Shown: positions 10,704-21,088 of the stretch, piece by piece
Position numbering within the stretch: position 1 is the first letter of the stretch
How the letters are laid out: each line of letters opens with the position of its first letter
From: Christensenellales bacterium
GTDB taxonomy: Bacteria > Bacillota > Clostridia > Christensenellales > UBA1242
Assembly (NCBI GenBank): GCA_051889995.1
Contig: JBJFDL010000003.1
Coordinates: forward strand, 112,838-176,837
Direction of reading: 5' to 3'
Length of the DNA: 64,000 nucleotides
Notes under the pieces: model-generated
Told to the model about the DNA's origin: nothing
The model's input: only the letters and a program-made list of their open reading frames with translations
Databases searched by the model: none
Program-made: the position numbers and the translations under genes

Positions 10704-11996
10704 ATGAAAAGAAAATCGATTACTAAATTTATAGTTACAGCAGTTTTAGTTGCATTTGGCTTGTTTTTAAGCGTATGCAGTTTTGATATTAATATTTACA
10801 CGTATAACGGTTTTGCAAAATCAATTAAATTAGGAATCGACCTTAAAGGTGGTGTGCTTGCTGTTTATAATGTTAAAAGTTTAGATGAAGATAATGAATC
10901 AAATTTTAATACTCAAGTTGAAGCAACAATTGCAAGAATTTCAGACTTGTTAACAGATGAAGGCTATTCAGAAGCAAGCGTTGTTAAGCAAGGTAATGGT
11001 TTAAACGCAACACAAATTCGTGTTGAAGTGCCAGATGTTGATGACCCAGAAGAAATATTAAATTTAATTGGCGAACCTGCAAGTTTGGAAATAAAAAAGG
11101 AAAATTCTACTGAAGCAGAGGCAATTCTTACAGGAAAACATATTAAATCTGTTGAAGCGGGAATGCAAGAAGGACAATATGGTGTTAGTGTAACATTTAA
11201 TGAAGAAGGTGCTTACTTATTTAAAAATTTAACTACAGAAATGGAAGGGCAACAAATATATTTATTTATTGGTGGGGAATTATATTCTAATCCAACCGTT
11301 CAAGGTGTAATTTCAAACGGAATAACCTTCATTAGTGGCAGTATGAACACGCTTGAAGAAGCAGAAGAATATGCAACTAAACTTATGAGTGGAACTTTTG
11401 ATGTTGAATTAAGTTTATATTCTAACGAATATGTCAGCGCAACATTAGGAAATGATGCATTAAAATGGGCAATCATCGGTGGCGTTATTGGTCTTTTACT
11501 AATTTTCGCAATTATGATTATTGTTTATAGAGATTTTGGTATAATTGCTGATTTCTCATTAATTATTTACTCAATTTTAATGTTATTCTTCTTACAAGCA
11601 ATTCCATTTGTTCAATTAACACTTCCAGGCATTGCTGGTATTATTTTAAGCTTAGGAATGGCAGTTGATGCCAACATTATCATTTTTGAAAGAATGAAAG
11701 ATGAATACAAATTAGGCAAGAAAATCCCAACTTGTGTTGAAGGGGGATTTAAAAAAGGTTTAGTAACAATTTTAGATAGTAACATAACAACTTTAATCGC
11801 TTGTTTAGTTTTATACATTTTTGGAACAGGAACAATTCAAAGTTTTGCAATTACTCTTGCGATAGGTATTTTATTATCTATGTTTACAGCATTAGTATTA
11901 ACAAAAATATTCTGTAGATGGTATTTGCGTATTAACAGTAAAAACCCTAAGAAGTTAAACTTTAAAAGGGAGGTAATTGCAAATGAAAACAACTAG
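10704..11996 (+). CDS. secD: Protein translocase subunit SecD
   Basis: N-terminal TM helix, LGIDLKGG, periplasmic-type domain, and a C-terminal 5-TM bundle with AGIILSLGMAVDANIIIFER. Confidence 0.92.
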   Translation: MKRKSITKFIVTAVLVAFGLFLSVCSFDINIYTYNGFAKSIKLGIDLKGGVLAVYNVKSLDEDNESNFNTQVEATIARISDLLTDEGYSEASVVKQGNGLNATQIRVEVPDVDDPEEILNLIGEPASLEIKKENSTEAEAILTGKHIKSVEAGMQEGQYGVSVTFNEEGAYLFKNLTTEMEGQQIYLFIGGELYSNPTVQGVISNGITFISGSMNTLEEAEEYATKLMSGTFDVELSLYSNEYVSATLGNDALKWAIIGGVIGLLLIFAIMIIVYRDFGIIADFSLIIYSILMLFFLQAIPFVQLTLPGIAGIILSLGMAVDANIIIFERMKDEYKLGKKIPTCVEGGFKKGLVTILDSNITTLIACLVLYIFGTGTIQSFAITLAIGILLSMFTALVLTKIFCRWYLRINSKNPKKLNFKREVIANENN

Positions 11997-12960
11997 AAGT
12001 AAGTTTAGCGAAAAACTAAAAAATTTTGATTTCAACAGTAAGTTAAAGGTTTGTTCAATTATCAGTGGAACTTTAATATTAATCGGTATTATAATAATCA
12101 GTATTTTTGGATTTAATTTAGGTATTGACTTCACTGGTGGAACAGTGTTAAATGTTAAAGTTGGTTCGGTTTTAGAAGAAGGTAATAACTACACGGTTAT
12201 TTCAAATCAAATTTCTGATATAATAGAAGATAATGGTTTCAAAGTTGGTTATGTTCAACAAGAAGGTATTGGCGCAGAAGCACAGGTTACAGTTAGATTT
12301 CAAGATAAAAAAGGTTTAACTGAAGAACAAATGCAAAATAGTCTTGATGAATTAAAAACTGAAATTGAAGAAAATATCACATTAAACGGAACAAATTTAA
12401 CTGTTGAAGTTTCTAATGGTTCAAGAATTGCTGCATCTGCCAGTAAAACATTATTAATTAATTCTATTTTAGCAATTTTAATAGCTGTAATTTTGATACT
12501 AATTTATATTGCAATAAGATTCGAACTCTTGAGTGGATTAACTGCAATTTTAATGCTAATACATGATGTTTTAATTATGTGTTCATTGGTTGCTATTTTC
12601 CAAATACAAATCAATGCTGGTTTTATTGCTGCGTTAATAACAATTATTGGTTATTCGATTAACAACGTTATTATTATATTTGATAGAATAAGAGAAAATA
12701 AGAAAAATGAAAACTTAAAAGATGAAACAAGTAAATCGCTTGTTAATATGAGCATTAAACAAGTCATTAAAAGAACATTGCTTACTGCATTAACAACATT
12801 TGTTTCAATATTTATGCTTACAATTTTGGGTGTAAGTAGTATTAAAGAATTTTTAATTCCAATCTTATTTGGTCTAGTTTCTGGTGTATATTCATCAACT
12901 ATGCTTGCTGGTCCTATTTGGGCATTCATTAACGATAAAACAGTTAGCTCAAAGAAATAA
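11983..12960 (+). CDS. secF: Protein translocase subunit SecF
   Basis: GIDFTGGT motif and a C-terminal TM bundle with YSINNVIIIFDRIREN. ATG 11983 is 9 nt after GGGAGG. TTG 11977 is an alternative start. Confidence 0.9.
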   Translation: MKTTRSKFSEKLKNFDFNSKLKVCSIISGTLILIGIIIISIFGFNLGIDFTGGTVLNVKVGSVLEEGNNYTVISNQISDIIEDNGFKVGYVQQEGIGAEAQVTVRFQDKKGLTEEQMQNSLDELKTEIEENITLNGTNLTVEVSNGSRIAASASKTLLINSILAILIAVILILIYIAIRFELLSGLTAILMLIHDVLIMCSLVAIFQIQINAGFIAALITIIGYSINNVIIIFDRIRENKKNENLKDETSKSLVNMSIKQVIKRTLLTALTTFVSIFMLTILGVSSIKEFLIPILFGLVSGVYSSTMLAGPIWAFINDKTVSSKK

Positions 12961-12991
12961 GAAAGGTTAATTTAATTTTTCGTCAAATAAT

Positions 12992-13023
12992 AAAAGGCCT
13001 TTCATAATGTCAGGTCTTTTTTT
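12992..13023 (+). terminator. Rho-independent terminator after secF
   Basis: AAGGCCT / AGGTCTT stem (one G-U pair) followed by T7. Confidence 0.65.
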
Positions 13024-13114
13024 AAGAAAAAATGGAAGTATAATACATTAGACTTTGATTTATCTTAAAATTAACACCTAACAAAAGATATGTATTATTA
13101 AACAAAAGGGAAAT

Positions 13115-15448
13115 ATGGAATTTATAAAAAATTGTGAAAATTTAATAGATGAAGAACTTGTAAAAGAGTTTTCTAAAGAGTTTAATTTAGATGATAAAAT
13201 TATTAAGCTCTTGTTTTGTCGTGGAATTAACACAAAAGAAAAAATTAGAAAGTTTTTGTATGATGATATAAGCAATTTAAAAAATCCATACACCTTGATT
13301 AATATGAAAGAAACTGTTGCTCGAATTGAAAGAGCAATTATAAATAATGAAAAAATTTTAATATTTGGTGATTATGATGTAGATGGAATTTGTGCAAGTA
13401 GTTTACTTTATAACTATCTAAAAACTAAACTTGAAAATGTATATATTTATTTACCTAACAGACACGAAGATGGCTATGGATTATCTTGTCCGTCAATTGA
13501 TAAAATCGCAGAAAAAGAAAAGCCAAATCTAATTATAACAGTTGACTGTGGAATAAGTTGTGATAAAGAAGTTGAATACATTAAAAATTTGGGAATAGAT
13601 GTCATTGTTACTGACCATCACGAATTACCTAAAAAATTACCTAATTGCTTAATTGTTAACACAAAATTTGACCAAGAATTTAATTTTAAAGGGCTTTGTG
13701 GTGCAGGCGTTTCATTTGAAATTGTAAGAGCACTTTGCATAAATAATAGAGAAAATTATGAAAAATATTTACCAATTTGTGCAATAGCAACAATTTCGGA
13801 CATTGTGCCACTTGTTGATGAAAATAGAATTATTGTTAAAGAAGGCATAAAAAGACTTGATTTATTGCCACTTGGTGTTCAATTATTGTTAAAAGATGTT
13901 TTTGGTAAATATGAAAAAATAACTAGCACAGATATTTCTTTTAAGTTGGCTCCTAAAATTAATTCAGCAGGAAGATTAAATGATGCCAATATTGCATTAG
14001 ATTTGTTTATTACTGATGACTTAAAGAAAATAAACAAAAGTTTAAAACAGCTAGAATACTTAAACAATAAGCGTAAAGAGTTATTTGAAAAGATATTTGC
14101 TGAATGTGAAAAACAGATAAAAGATGAAAACAAAAACGACAAAATAATTGTGCTTAAAGGCAAAAATTGGGACATAGGCGTGTTGGGAATAGTCTGTGCG
14201 AGAATTTGTGAGGAATATAACAAAACTGCCATTTTATGCAGTGATTGTGGCGGGATTTTGACTGGTTCTGCTAGGAGCACAAATAATGTTGACGTTGTTG
14301 AAGTTTTTGAATATGCGAGTGAATATTTAATTAAATTTGGAGGCCATAAAAAAGCAGGAGGATTGAGTTTAGAAGAAAAAAATTTTAAAGCTTTTAAACA
14401 AAAAGTTAATGAATTTACAAAGGTTAAAAATATTGAAGAATTACAAGTTTGTAAAAACTATGATTTGGAACTTGATATAAAAGACATTTCATTAGATTTT
14501 GTTGAAAAACTAGATGTTTTAGAGCCTTGTGGGTTTGAAAATTCTTCACCGATATTTAAAATTAATTTTACAAATTCAAAAGTGAGCAAAATGAAAAATT
14601 TTGATGAACATTTGATTGTTGAAATTAATGGTGTTAATTTTCTAGCTTTTAACAGTGCTAAAAACTATGAAAATTATTTAAATTTTAACAATAAAGAAGC
14701 TTTGATAGAATTACAAATTAACAGGTTTAACAATAAAAAATCTGTCAAGGGGATAATTAAAGCTGATAAATTTTATAATCCTAATTTTAATTTATTGCGA
14801 GATAAACTTAATGCACTAATTATTGATGAAAAAATTTGTGATTTTCAAAGCGACTATAAGCCAAAAAGATATAATAGCTTAAATCAAATAAAAAATATTA
14901 TAGATAATAAAACATTAATTGTTTCTTATTCATCTAATTTTGAAAAAGAAAATATTTTTGATGATTTTAGCCGAAAATCTTTTAGAAATAATACTAATTT
15001 TGCAGAGAAAACATTTTTGTATGGACTAGATGGTTTTGATAATTTAAAAGCCTTTAATAAAATTATATTTTTGGATAGCGTAAATTTATCTTTTGCAAAT
15101 TATGTTAGATATAAAACAAATTGCGATATTTATTTGCCCGAAAAAGAAAATTTTGTTAAGTTAGATTTAAATTTAAATCGTGAAGCGTTGTTAAATATAT
15201 ATTTTGTTCTTGTAAGTGCTATGAACAGAGGAATTAATGCAAAAAATGAGTATGACTATTATGAACACATTAAAAAAACAATGAATTTTAATGAAAATTA
15301 TACCCAATTTCACTTTGCTGTTAAGGTCTTTGAAGAATTAGGTATTATTGATATAAAAACTCAAGTTGGTGGCAATTTTGCGCTTAAAATCAATAAGGTA
15401 AAATGTGATTTGGAAAAATCAAGAATATATAACATTTTTAAACAATAA
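13115..15448 (+). CDS. recJ: Single-stranded-DNA-specific exonuclease RecJ
   Basis: DHH-family motifs GDYDVDG, TVDCG and VTDHH, DHHA1 motif GGHKKAGG, and a long C-terminal extension. Confidence 0.92.
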   Translation: MEFIKNCENLIDEELVKEFSKEFNLDDKIIKLLFCRGINTKEKIRKFLYDDISNLKNPYTLINMKETVARIERAIINNEKILIFGDYDVDGICASSLLYNYLKTKLENVYIYLPNRHEDGYGLSCPSIDKIAEKEKPNLIITVDCGISCDKEVEYIKNLGIDVIVTDHHELPKKLPNCLIVNTKFDQEFNFKGLCGAGVSFEIVRALCINNRENYEKYLPICAIATISDIVPLVDENRIIVKEGIKRLDLLPLGVQLLLKDVFGKYEKITSTDISFKLAPKINSAGRLNDANIALDLFITDDLKKINKSLKQLEYLNNKRKELFEKIFAECEKQIKDENKNDKIIVLKGKNWDIGVLGIVCARICEEYNKTAILCSDCGGILTGSARSTNNVDVVEVFEYASEYLIKFGGHKKAGGLSLEEKNFKAFKQKVNEFTKVKNIEELQVCKNYDLELDIKDISLDFVEKLDVLEPCGFENSSPIFKINFTNSKVSKMKNFDEHLIVEINGVNFLAFNSAKNYENYLNFNNKEALIELQINRFNNKKSVKGIIKADKFYNPNFNLLRDKLNALIIDEKICDFQSDYKPKRYNSLNQIKNIIDNKTLIVSYSSNFEKENIFDDFSRKSFRNNTNFAEKTFLYGLDGFDNLKAFNKIIFLDSVNLSFANYVRYKTNCDIYLPEKENFVKLDLNLNREALLNIYFVLVSAMNRGINAKNEYDYYEHIKKTMNFNENYTQFHFAVKVFEELGIIDIKTQVGGNFALKINKVKCDLEKSRIYNIFKQ

Positions 15449-15459
15449 AAGGAGTGATG

Positions 15460-17556
15460 ATGGAAATAATTAAAGACATAGAAAAATATAAAAATATTAA
15501 TGAAATTGAAAAAAACACTTTAATATCATTGATTGGAAAATATCCTTGTCTTGATAAAAAAAGCTCAAAGATTTTAAAAATTTTAATGGAAAATAAAGCA
15601 GATTATTATTCATTAGTTTGTGGACTTTTTTTGACTGATTATCGTAATAATCCCGAGATTGTTTTAGAACTAGAAATTCCTGACATTTGTAAAACCTTGC
15701 TTTCTTCTGTAATAAAAATAGAAAATATTAACATTGCTAATAATGAAATATCAACTGAAAATATTAAAAATTTATTAATTAGTATGGCAAATGATATAAG
15801 AGTCATTATTGTTAAACTTGCCGATATATTAATTGATGCTGAAGAAACTGATAAATTGGACAAAAAAGATGCTGAAAAATTGCATTTGCTTATTAAAGAG
15901 TTATATGCTCCAATTTCCGCAAGACTTGGTCTAAGTAATTTAAAAAGTGAATTGCAAGATTTGAATTTAAAATTTTATCACAAAAAAGAGTATGAAAAAC
16001 TTGAAAGAGATCTAAACACTCTTCGCAAAAATCGTGATGAAGAAATTGAAAATAATATTAAAAAATTGCAAGATATGTTGAAAAGAATTAAAATAGATGG
16101 AAAAGTGTATGGAAGGGTAAAACATATCAGCAGTATTTTTAATAAAATTAATGATAAACATCTTCAAATTTCTCAAATTTATGATTTACTTGCTGTAAGA
16201 ATTATTGTTAATACTGAAAGCGAATGTTATGAGGTTTTATCCAATATAAATTCGTTATATCAACCTATAGATGGAAGATTTAAAGATTATATTGCAAGAC
16301 CTAAAGCAAATGGATATAAAAGTATACATACGACTGTCATAATAGAAAATAATGACCCATTGGAAATTCAAATTAGAACAAAGGCAATGCACGAATTTGC
16401 TGAATATGGTATTGCGGCACACTTTTTGTATAAAGAGAAAAAATCGAAAACATCTTCACTAGATGAAAAATTAATTTGGGTTAGAAAGATGCTTGAAAAC
16501 ACTGATTTTTCAACAGCATCAGATTTTTTAGACGAATTAAAAACTGACCTTTATGCTAATGAAATTTTCGTTCAATCACCACTTGGAAAAGTTGTAAGTT
16601 TGAAAGAAAATTCCACACCAATAGACTTTGCCTACAACATTCACACTGATGTTGGAAATAAGTGCGTTGGTGCAAGAGTGAATGGAAAAATGGTGCCATT
16701 AACAACCAAACTTGAAAATGGAGATGTTGTTGAGATTATAACTAATCCAAACAGCCACGGACCTAGTCGTGATTGGTTAAAAGTCGTTGTAACCAGTTGT
16801 GCTAAAAGTAAACTAAATGCTTTTTTCAAAAAAGAAATGAAAGAAGACAATATTAAAAAGGGAAAATCAATAATAGAAAACACTTGTAAAGCTAAACATA
16901 TAGATTTTAAAGTTTTATTGAAAGAAGATTGGTTAAATGAATTGTTTGAAAAATACTCTTTAAAAAGTTTAGATGATGTTTATGCGTCCGTTGGTTATGG
17001 TGGATTAACAAGCACCCAAGTTGTAAATAAATTATTGTCAAAATATAAAGCAGAAGAAAAGAAAGAGCAAGAAATTATTTTAAAGGAAAGTCAAAGTAAG
17101 AAAAGTGGCGATACTGCAATATGTTTCGACAACGATATAAAAGGATTAATGGTAAGATATGCAAAATGTTGCAGTCCAGTTGCAGGAGATGAAATTATAG
17201 GATTTATTTCTCACGGCAGAGGTGTAACTATTCATTGTAAAGATTGTCAAAATGTTAAAAACTTAGACCAAAACCGATTAATTAATGCTTACTTTACGGA
17301 TGTTAAAAATAAATTATTTAATGCTCACATTAGCATTTTAGCTGATAAGTCTAGCACAATCATTATGAATGCTACAAAGATTATAAGTGAACAAAAAATT
17401 TCTATAACTGGAATTAATGTTGTAAACACAAGTGCCAATCAAGGTGTTATTCACATTTATGTTGATGTTAAAAACACAGAAGAATTAAATACATTAATTA
17501 ATAAATTATCAAGTTTAAAAGAAGCAATTGAAGTAAAAAGAGAAAAGGGGGAATAA
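15460..17556 (+). CDS. relA: Long RelA/SpoT-homolog (p)ppGpp synthetase with degenerate hydrolase (HD) motifs
   Basis: Synthetase motifs GRVKHISSIFNKI, LLAVRIIV, YKSIHTTV and EIQIRTKAMHEFAEYGIAAHFLYKE, plus TGS and ACT-like C-terminus. N-terminal region has LTD where HD is expected. The start among GTG 15454, ATG 15457 and ATG 15460 is ambiguous. Confidence 0.9.
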   Translation: MEIIKDIEKYKNINEIEKNTLISLIGKYPCLDKKSSKILKILMENKADYYSLVCGLFLTDYRNNPEIVLELEIPDICKTLLSSVIKIENINIANNEISTENIKNLLISMANDIRVIIVKLADILIDAEETDKLDKKDAEKLHLLIKELYAPISARLGLSNLKSELQDLNLKFYHKKEYEKLERDLNTLRKNRDEEIENNIKKLQDMLKRIKIDGKVYGRVKHISSIFNKINDKHLQISQIYDLLAVRIIVNTESECYEVLSNINSLYQPIDGRFKDYIARPKANGYKSIHTTVIIENNDPLEIQIRTKAMHEFAEYGIAAHFLYKEKKSKTSSLDEKLIWVRKMLENTDFSTASDFLDELKTDLYANEIFVQSPLGKVVSLKENSTPIDFAYNIHTDVGNKCVGARVNGKMVPLTTKLENGDVVEIITNPNSHGPSRDWLKVVVTSCAKSKLNAFFKKEMKEDNIKKGKSIIENTCKAKHIDFKVLLKEDWLNELFEKYSLKSLDDVYASVGYGGLTSTQVVNKLLSKYKAEEKKEQEIILKESQSKKSGDTAICFDNDIKGLMVRYAKCCSPVAGDEIIGFISHGRGVTIHCKDCQNVKNLDQNRLINAYFTDVKNKLFNAHISILADKSSTIIMNATKIISEQKISITGINVVNTSANQGVIHIYVDVKNTEELNTLINKLSSLKEAIEVKREKGE

Positions 17557-17558
17557 CT

Positions 17559-18965
17559 TTGCAAATTAACACAAACATAGAAAATAACTATGAGTTTCAA
17601 GATATAATAAAGCTTTTTATTCCTTGTGGATTTGAAGAATATGATATCGTTGTTAATCATATTTTAGAAGAAAAAGATGACAAAATTATTAATAAATATC
17701 AAGTTTTTAATCAAACACAAGAATATAATTATGAAAAAACAAGTGAAATTTCTAAATTTATATCAAGTAAAAGTTATGCAAAAATTGGCTTGTATGAAAT
17801 TTTGAGTAAAATTTTTAATAAACAACTACCTTATGGTGCTTTAACGGGCATTAGACCAGTTAAATTTTGCTATGATTTGTTTAAAAAGGGCCTTGAAAAA
17901 ACATCAATTCAAAATTTTTTAATGAACAATTATCATGTTAGTAAAGAAAAAGTTGACTTAATTTCTGAAATTATAATCAGCCAAAAACATTTAGATTTAA
18001 ATGATAAACTTGTTGATTTTTATGTAAATATTCCCTTTTGCACAAGTCGTTGCAGTTATTGTTCTTTTATTTCAATGGAAGTTGATAAAGCAGGAAAAAT
18101 GGTTGATGAATATGTTGATAAACTTGTTTATGAAATAGAGAAAACCAAGAGATTTTTAATGGATAACTATTATATAGTTAAAAATGTATATGTAGGTGGT
18201 GGAACGCCAACTGCATTAAGCGTAGAACAACTTGAAAGAGTTTTACAAAGTCTTTCTTTTAAAGTTAAGGAATTTACTGTTGAAGCAGGAAGGCCTGACA
18301 CAATAACACGAGAAAAATTAGATGTTTTAAAAAAGTATGGTGTTACTCGAATAAGTGTTAATCCACAAACATTTAACGATAAAGTATTAAAAACTATAGG
18401 TCGTAAACATACTGCAATGGATGCACTAAATGCATATAGACTTGCGAGAGAATATGATTTTGATATTAACATGGACTTAATTATGGGACTTACTGGTGAT
18501 ACTATTAAAAGTTTCAATGAAACAATGGACATAGCAACATATTTAGCACCAGAAAATATAACAATTCATACATTAGCACTAAAAAGAGCATCAAAAATGA
18601 GTGAAAATAATGAAAATATCTTTAAAAACGAAAGTCGTGTTAGAAAAATGAGTAATATTGCTTCCTCAATATTAAAAAAGAATGGATATAAACCTTATTA
18701 TCTTTATAGACAAAAAAATATGGTTAGTTCATTAGAAAATGTCGGTTATTTTAAGGATAATGCAATATGTTATTTTAATATTGATAGTATGGATGAATTA
18801 GCAAGCATTGTTGCTTGTGGGGCAAACGGAATTAGCAAAAGGGTGTATTCAATTTCAAACAGAATTGAACGCTTTGCAAATGTAAAAGATATAAAAGAAT
18901 ATATTACGAGAGTTGATGAGATGATAGATAAGAAAAAAGCACTTTTTGAAGAATATGGTTTTTAA
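17559..18965 (+). CDS. hemZ: Radical-SAM HemN/HemZ-like coproporphyrinogen dehydrogenase family protein
   Basis: CTSRCSYCSF (CxxxCxxC) radical-SAM cluster, GGGTPT motif. TTG start 5 nt after the SD GGGGGA (17548-17553). Confidence 0.75.
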   Translation: MQINTNIENNYEFQDIIKLFIPCGFEEYDIVVNHILEEKDDKIINKYQVFNQTQEYNYEKTSEISKFISSKSYAKIGLYEILSKIFNKQLPYGALTGIRPVKFCYDLFKKGLEKTSIQNFLMNNYHVSKEKVDLISEIIISQKHLDLNDKLVDFYVNIPFCTSRCSYCSFISMEVDKAGKMVDEYVDKLVYEIEKTKRFLMDNYYIVKNVYVGGGTPTALSVEQLERVLQSLSFKVKEFTVEAGRPDTITREKLDVLKKYGVTRISVNPQTFNDKVLKTIGRKHTAMDALNAYRLAREYDFDINMDLIMGLTGDTIKSFNETMDIATYLAPENITIHTLALKRASKMSENNENIFKNESRVRKMSNIASSILKKNGYKPYYLYRQKNMVSSLENVGYFKDNAICYFNIDSMDELASIVACGANGISKRVYSISNRIERFANVKDIKEYITRVDEMIDKKKALFEEYGF

Positions 18966-19000
18966 TTAAAATATGGTTTTTATGATAAATAATTAATTTT

Positions 19001-19037
19001 AAGCAAGAGAAAAAGTTTCTTTTGCTTAAAATTTTTA
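19001..19037 (+). terminator. Probable terminator after hemZ
   Basis: AAGCAAGAGAAA / TTTCTTTTGCTT hairpin (one mismatch) followed by AAAATTTTT. The T-run is not immediately adjacent to the stem. Confidence 0.45.
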
Positions 19038-19217
19038 ATTGTTAAATTTTTGATTTTGTTTTTAAAACTATTCGCCTTAAACCTAATGATTGTAACAGAT
19101 AAAGAAAAAATTTAATCTAAAAAAATTTTCCCAATATGACACTTTTTAAAATGGACAATAGTATTTTTGTATGATATGAAAAATATTGATATTAATTTAA
19201 GGTTTCTCTTAATGCTA

Positions 19218-19246
19218 TTGACAAATTATACTCAAAATGTTAATAT
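19218..19246 (+). promoter_or_regulatory. Sigma-A-type promoter of LRR gene B
   Basis: TTGACA (19218-19223), 17 nt, TGtTAATAT extended -10 (19238-19246). Confidence 0.6.
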
Positions 19247-19288
19247 TTGCTTCAGTAGATAACAATGTTTTATAAGGATTTAGTTTTT

Positions 19289-20368
19289 ATGAAAAATTAT
19301 AGGTTTAATAAAAGGTCAAAAAAATTAATAATTAATGATAAAACTGGGGTTTGTAATAGAATTTGGAAAGAAACAGTAGAACCTAAACAAGTAAAAGAAC
19401 TTGTGTTAGAAGAAGGCATTGAAAATATTGCAGTAGAATCTTTTAAAAATTGCTATAATTTAGAAAAAGTAAATTTTCCATTAACATTACATCAAATAGG
19501 CGATTTTGCCTTTTATTCTTGTGATTCAATTAAGGAATTAGAAATTCCTAAAAATGTATTTTATTTGGGAACTTCTTCATTTTGTAACTGTAAAAAATTA
19601 GAAAAAGTTTCCTTGCCATCTTCATTAATTAAAATTGATAATGGGGCATTTGCTAGTTGTGAAGCATTAGATAAAGTTGTCATTCCTAAAGGCGTATTAG
19701 AATTAAGTGCTAGCACATTTTATAATTGTGCTAACTTATCATCAATAACTTTACCATCAACCTTAAAAATTATTGGTAATGATGCTTTTTGCAATTGTAA
19801 ATCATTAAAAGAAATTAAATTACCAGAAGAAATTGAAGTTATTAGTGATGGAATGTTCTTTTCATGTGTAAATTTAAAAAGAGTGTCTTTACCAAAGCAC
19901 TTAAAGGCAATAAATAAAAACGCTTTTCGCAATTGCCAATCTTTAAAAGAAATTGTAATACCAGAAGGTGTAACAATCATTGAATATTTTGCGTTTTGTA
20001 GTTGTTATAAATTAGAGAAGATTATTTTACCTTCAACAATTTTAAAAATTAATGATGATGCCTTTTATTCTTGTTCGCTTTTAAAAGAAATTTTAATTCC
20101 AAAATCAATTAAAGAATTTGGTAAAAATGTTTTTGCAGATTGCAATAGTTTGAATAAAATAGTTTTTGAAAAGGGTATTGATAAAAAAATTGTTGAAAAA
20201 ATTAAAGATGAATATCCTAATTTGAAAGTTTGTTATATATCTAAAGATGATGAATATAATGAAAAGCAAATAAACGATGATAAACAAAGATTAGTTAAAA
20301 AATTATGGAATGAAAAAACTAAAAAATTCAAAAAAGATGATGATGAAAAGGATACACTATTTTTTTAA
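19289..20368 (+). CDS. BspA/LRR_5-type leucine-rich repeat protein, paralog B (no signal peptide)
   Basis: About 11 tandem ~23-aa units, each with a conserved Cys (NCYNL, SCDSI, NCKKL ...). C-terminal cap EKGIDKKIVEKIKDEYPNLKV plus a Lys-rich tail. ATG 19289 follows AAGGA; ATG 19265 is an alternative start. Confidence 0.8.
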   Translation: MKNYRFNKRSKKLIINDKTGVCNRIWKETVEPKQVKELVLEEGIENIAVESFKNCYNLEKVNFPLTLHQIGDFAFYSCDSIKELEIPKNVFYLGTSSFCNCKKLEKVSLPSSLIKIDNGAFASCEALDKVVIPKGVLELSASTFYNCANLSSITLPSTLKIIGNDAFCNCKSLKEIKLPEEIEVISDGMFFSCVNLKRVSLPKHLKAINKNAFRNCQSLKEIVIPEGVTIIEYFAFCSCYKLEKIILPSTILKINDDAFYSCSLLKEILIPKSIKEFGKNVFADCNSLNKIVFEKGIDKKIVEKIKDEYPNLKVCYISKDDEYNEKQINDDKQRLVKKLWNEKTKKFKKDDDEKDTLFF

Positions 20369-20534
20369 ACTAGTTAATACTAAATTTTTTGTTGGTATAT
20401 TATTTTATAAAATGAGATTTTAATGCAAAATTTTAATTTGACTTATTATTTTGAAAAACTTTAAAATTTTGTTGACAAATGTAAAAAAATGAATATAATA
20501 ATTAAAGATTTACAAATAAAGGTGGGTGAATAAG

Positions 20535-20711
20535 TTGTCAGTAGTTAAAGTAGGCGAAAACGAAAGCGTTGAAAGTGCTATTAAAAGATTTAAACGCAAA
20601 TGCCAAAAAGATGGCATCATTGGTGATATAAGAAAAAAAGAATTCTATGAAAAACCAAGCGTTAAAAGAAAGAAAAAAGCTGAAAATGCAAGAAAAAGAA
20701 ATTCTAAATAG
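20535..20711 (+). CDS. rpsU: 30S ribosomal protein S21 (TTG start)
   Basis: [27 protein letters not shown] is the S21 core. SD AAAGGTGG (20518-20525) abuts the ORF-track GTG, so TTG 20535, 9 nt downstream, is the likely start (58 aa). Confidence 0.9.
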   Translation: MSVVKVGENESVESAIKRFKRKCQKDGIIGDIRKKEFYEKPSVKRKKKAENARKRNSK

Positions 20712-20718
20712 TAATAAT

Positions 20719-20747
20719 AAATCTCATATTTTTATGAGATTTTTTTA
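20719..20747 (+). terminator. Rho-independent terminator after rpsU
   Basis: AAATCTCAT / ATGAGATTT stem followed by a T-run. Confidence 0.8.
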
Positions 20748-21088
20748 TTGAAAAAAGTTTTATTTTAACTTTTTTTGAACAGAAAAATAGCGTAATTTTG
20801 CAATTTTTTTCGATTTATTAACAAGATTGCAGATTTGTTTATAATTTTAATTAAATATGTTAATTTTCGTTTAAAAAGCATAAAAAAATTTAAATTTTGC
20901 TTAAATTTAATTTTTATTGCTTTTTTTTATCTGTTTTCAAGATTTTAAGTTGATTTATGCATATATTTTTAACTTTTAGAATTAAAAGATAGTCTTTTAT
21001 ATTTTTATAACTAATTTTGGTTGATATAACTTTTGTTAATTCTGCTTTGTTACAATGAAATTAATAAAACATTAGGGGGAAAATATAA

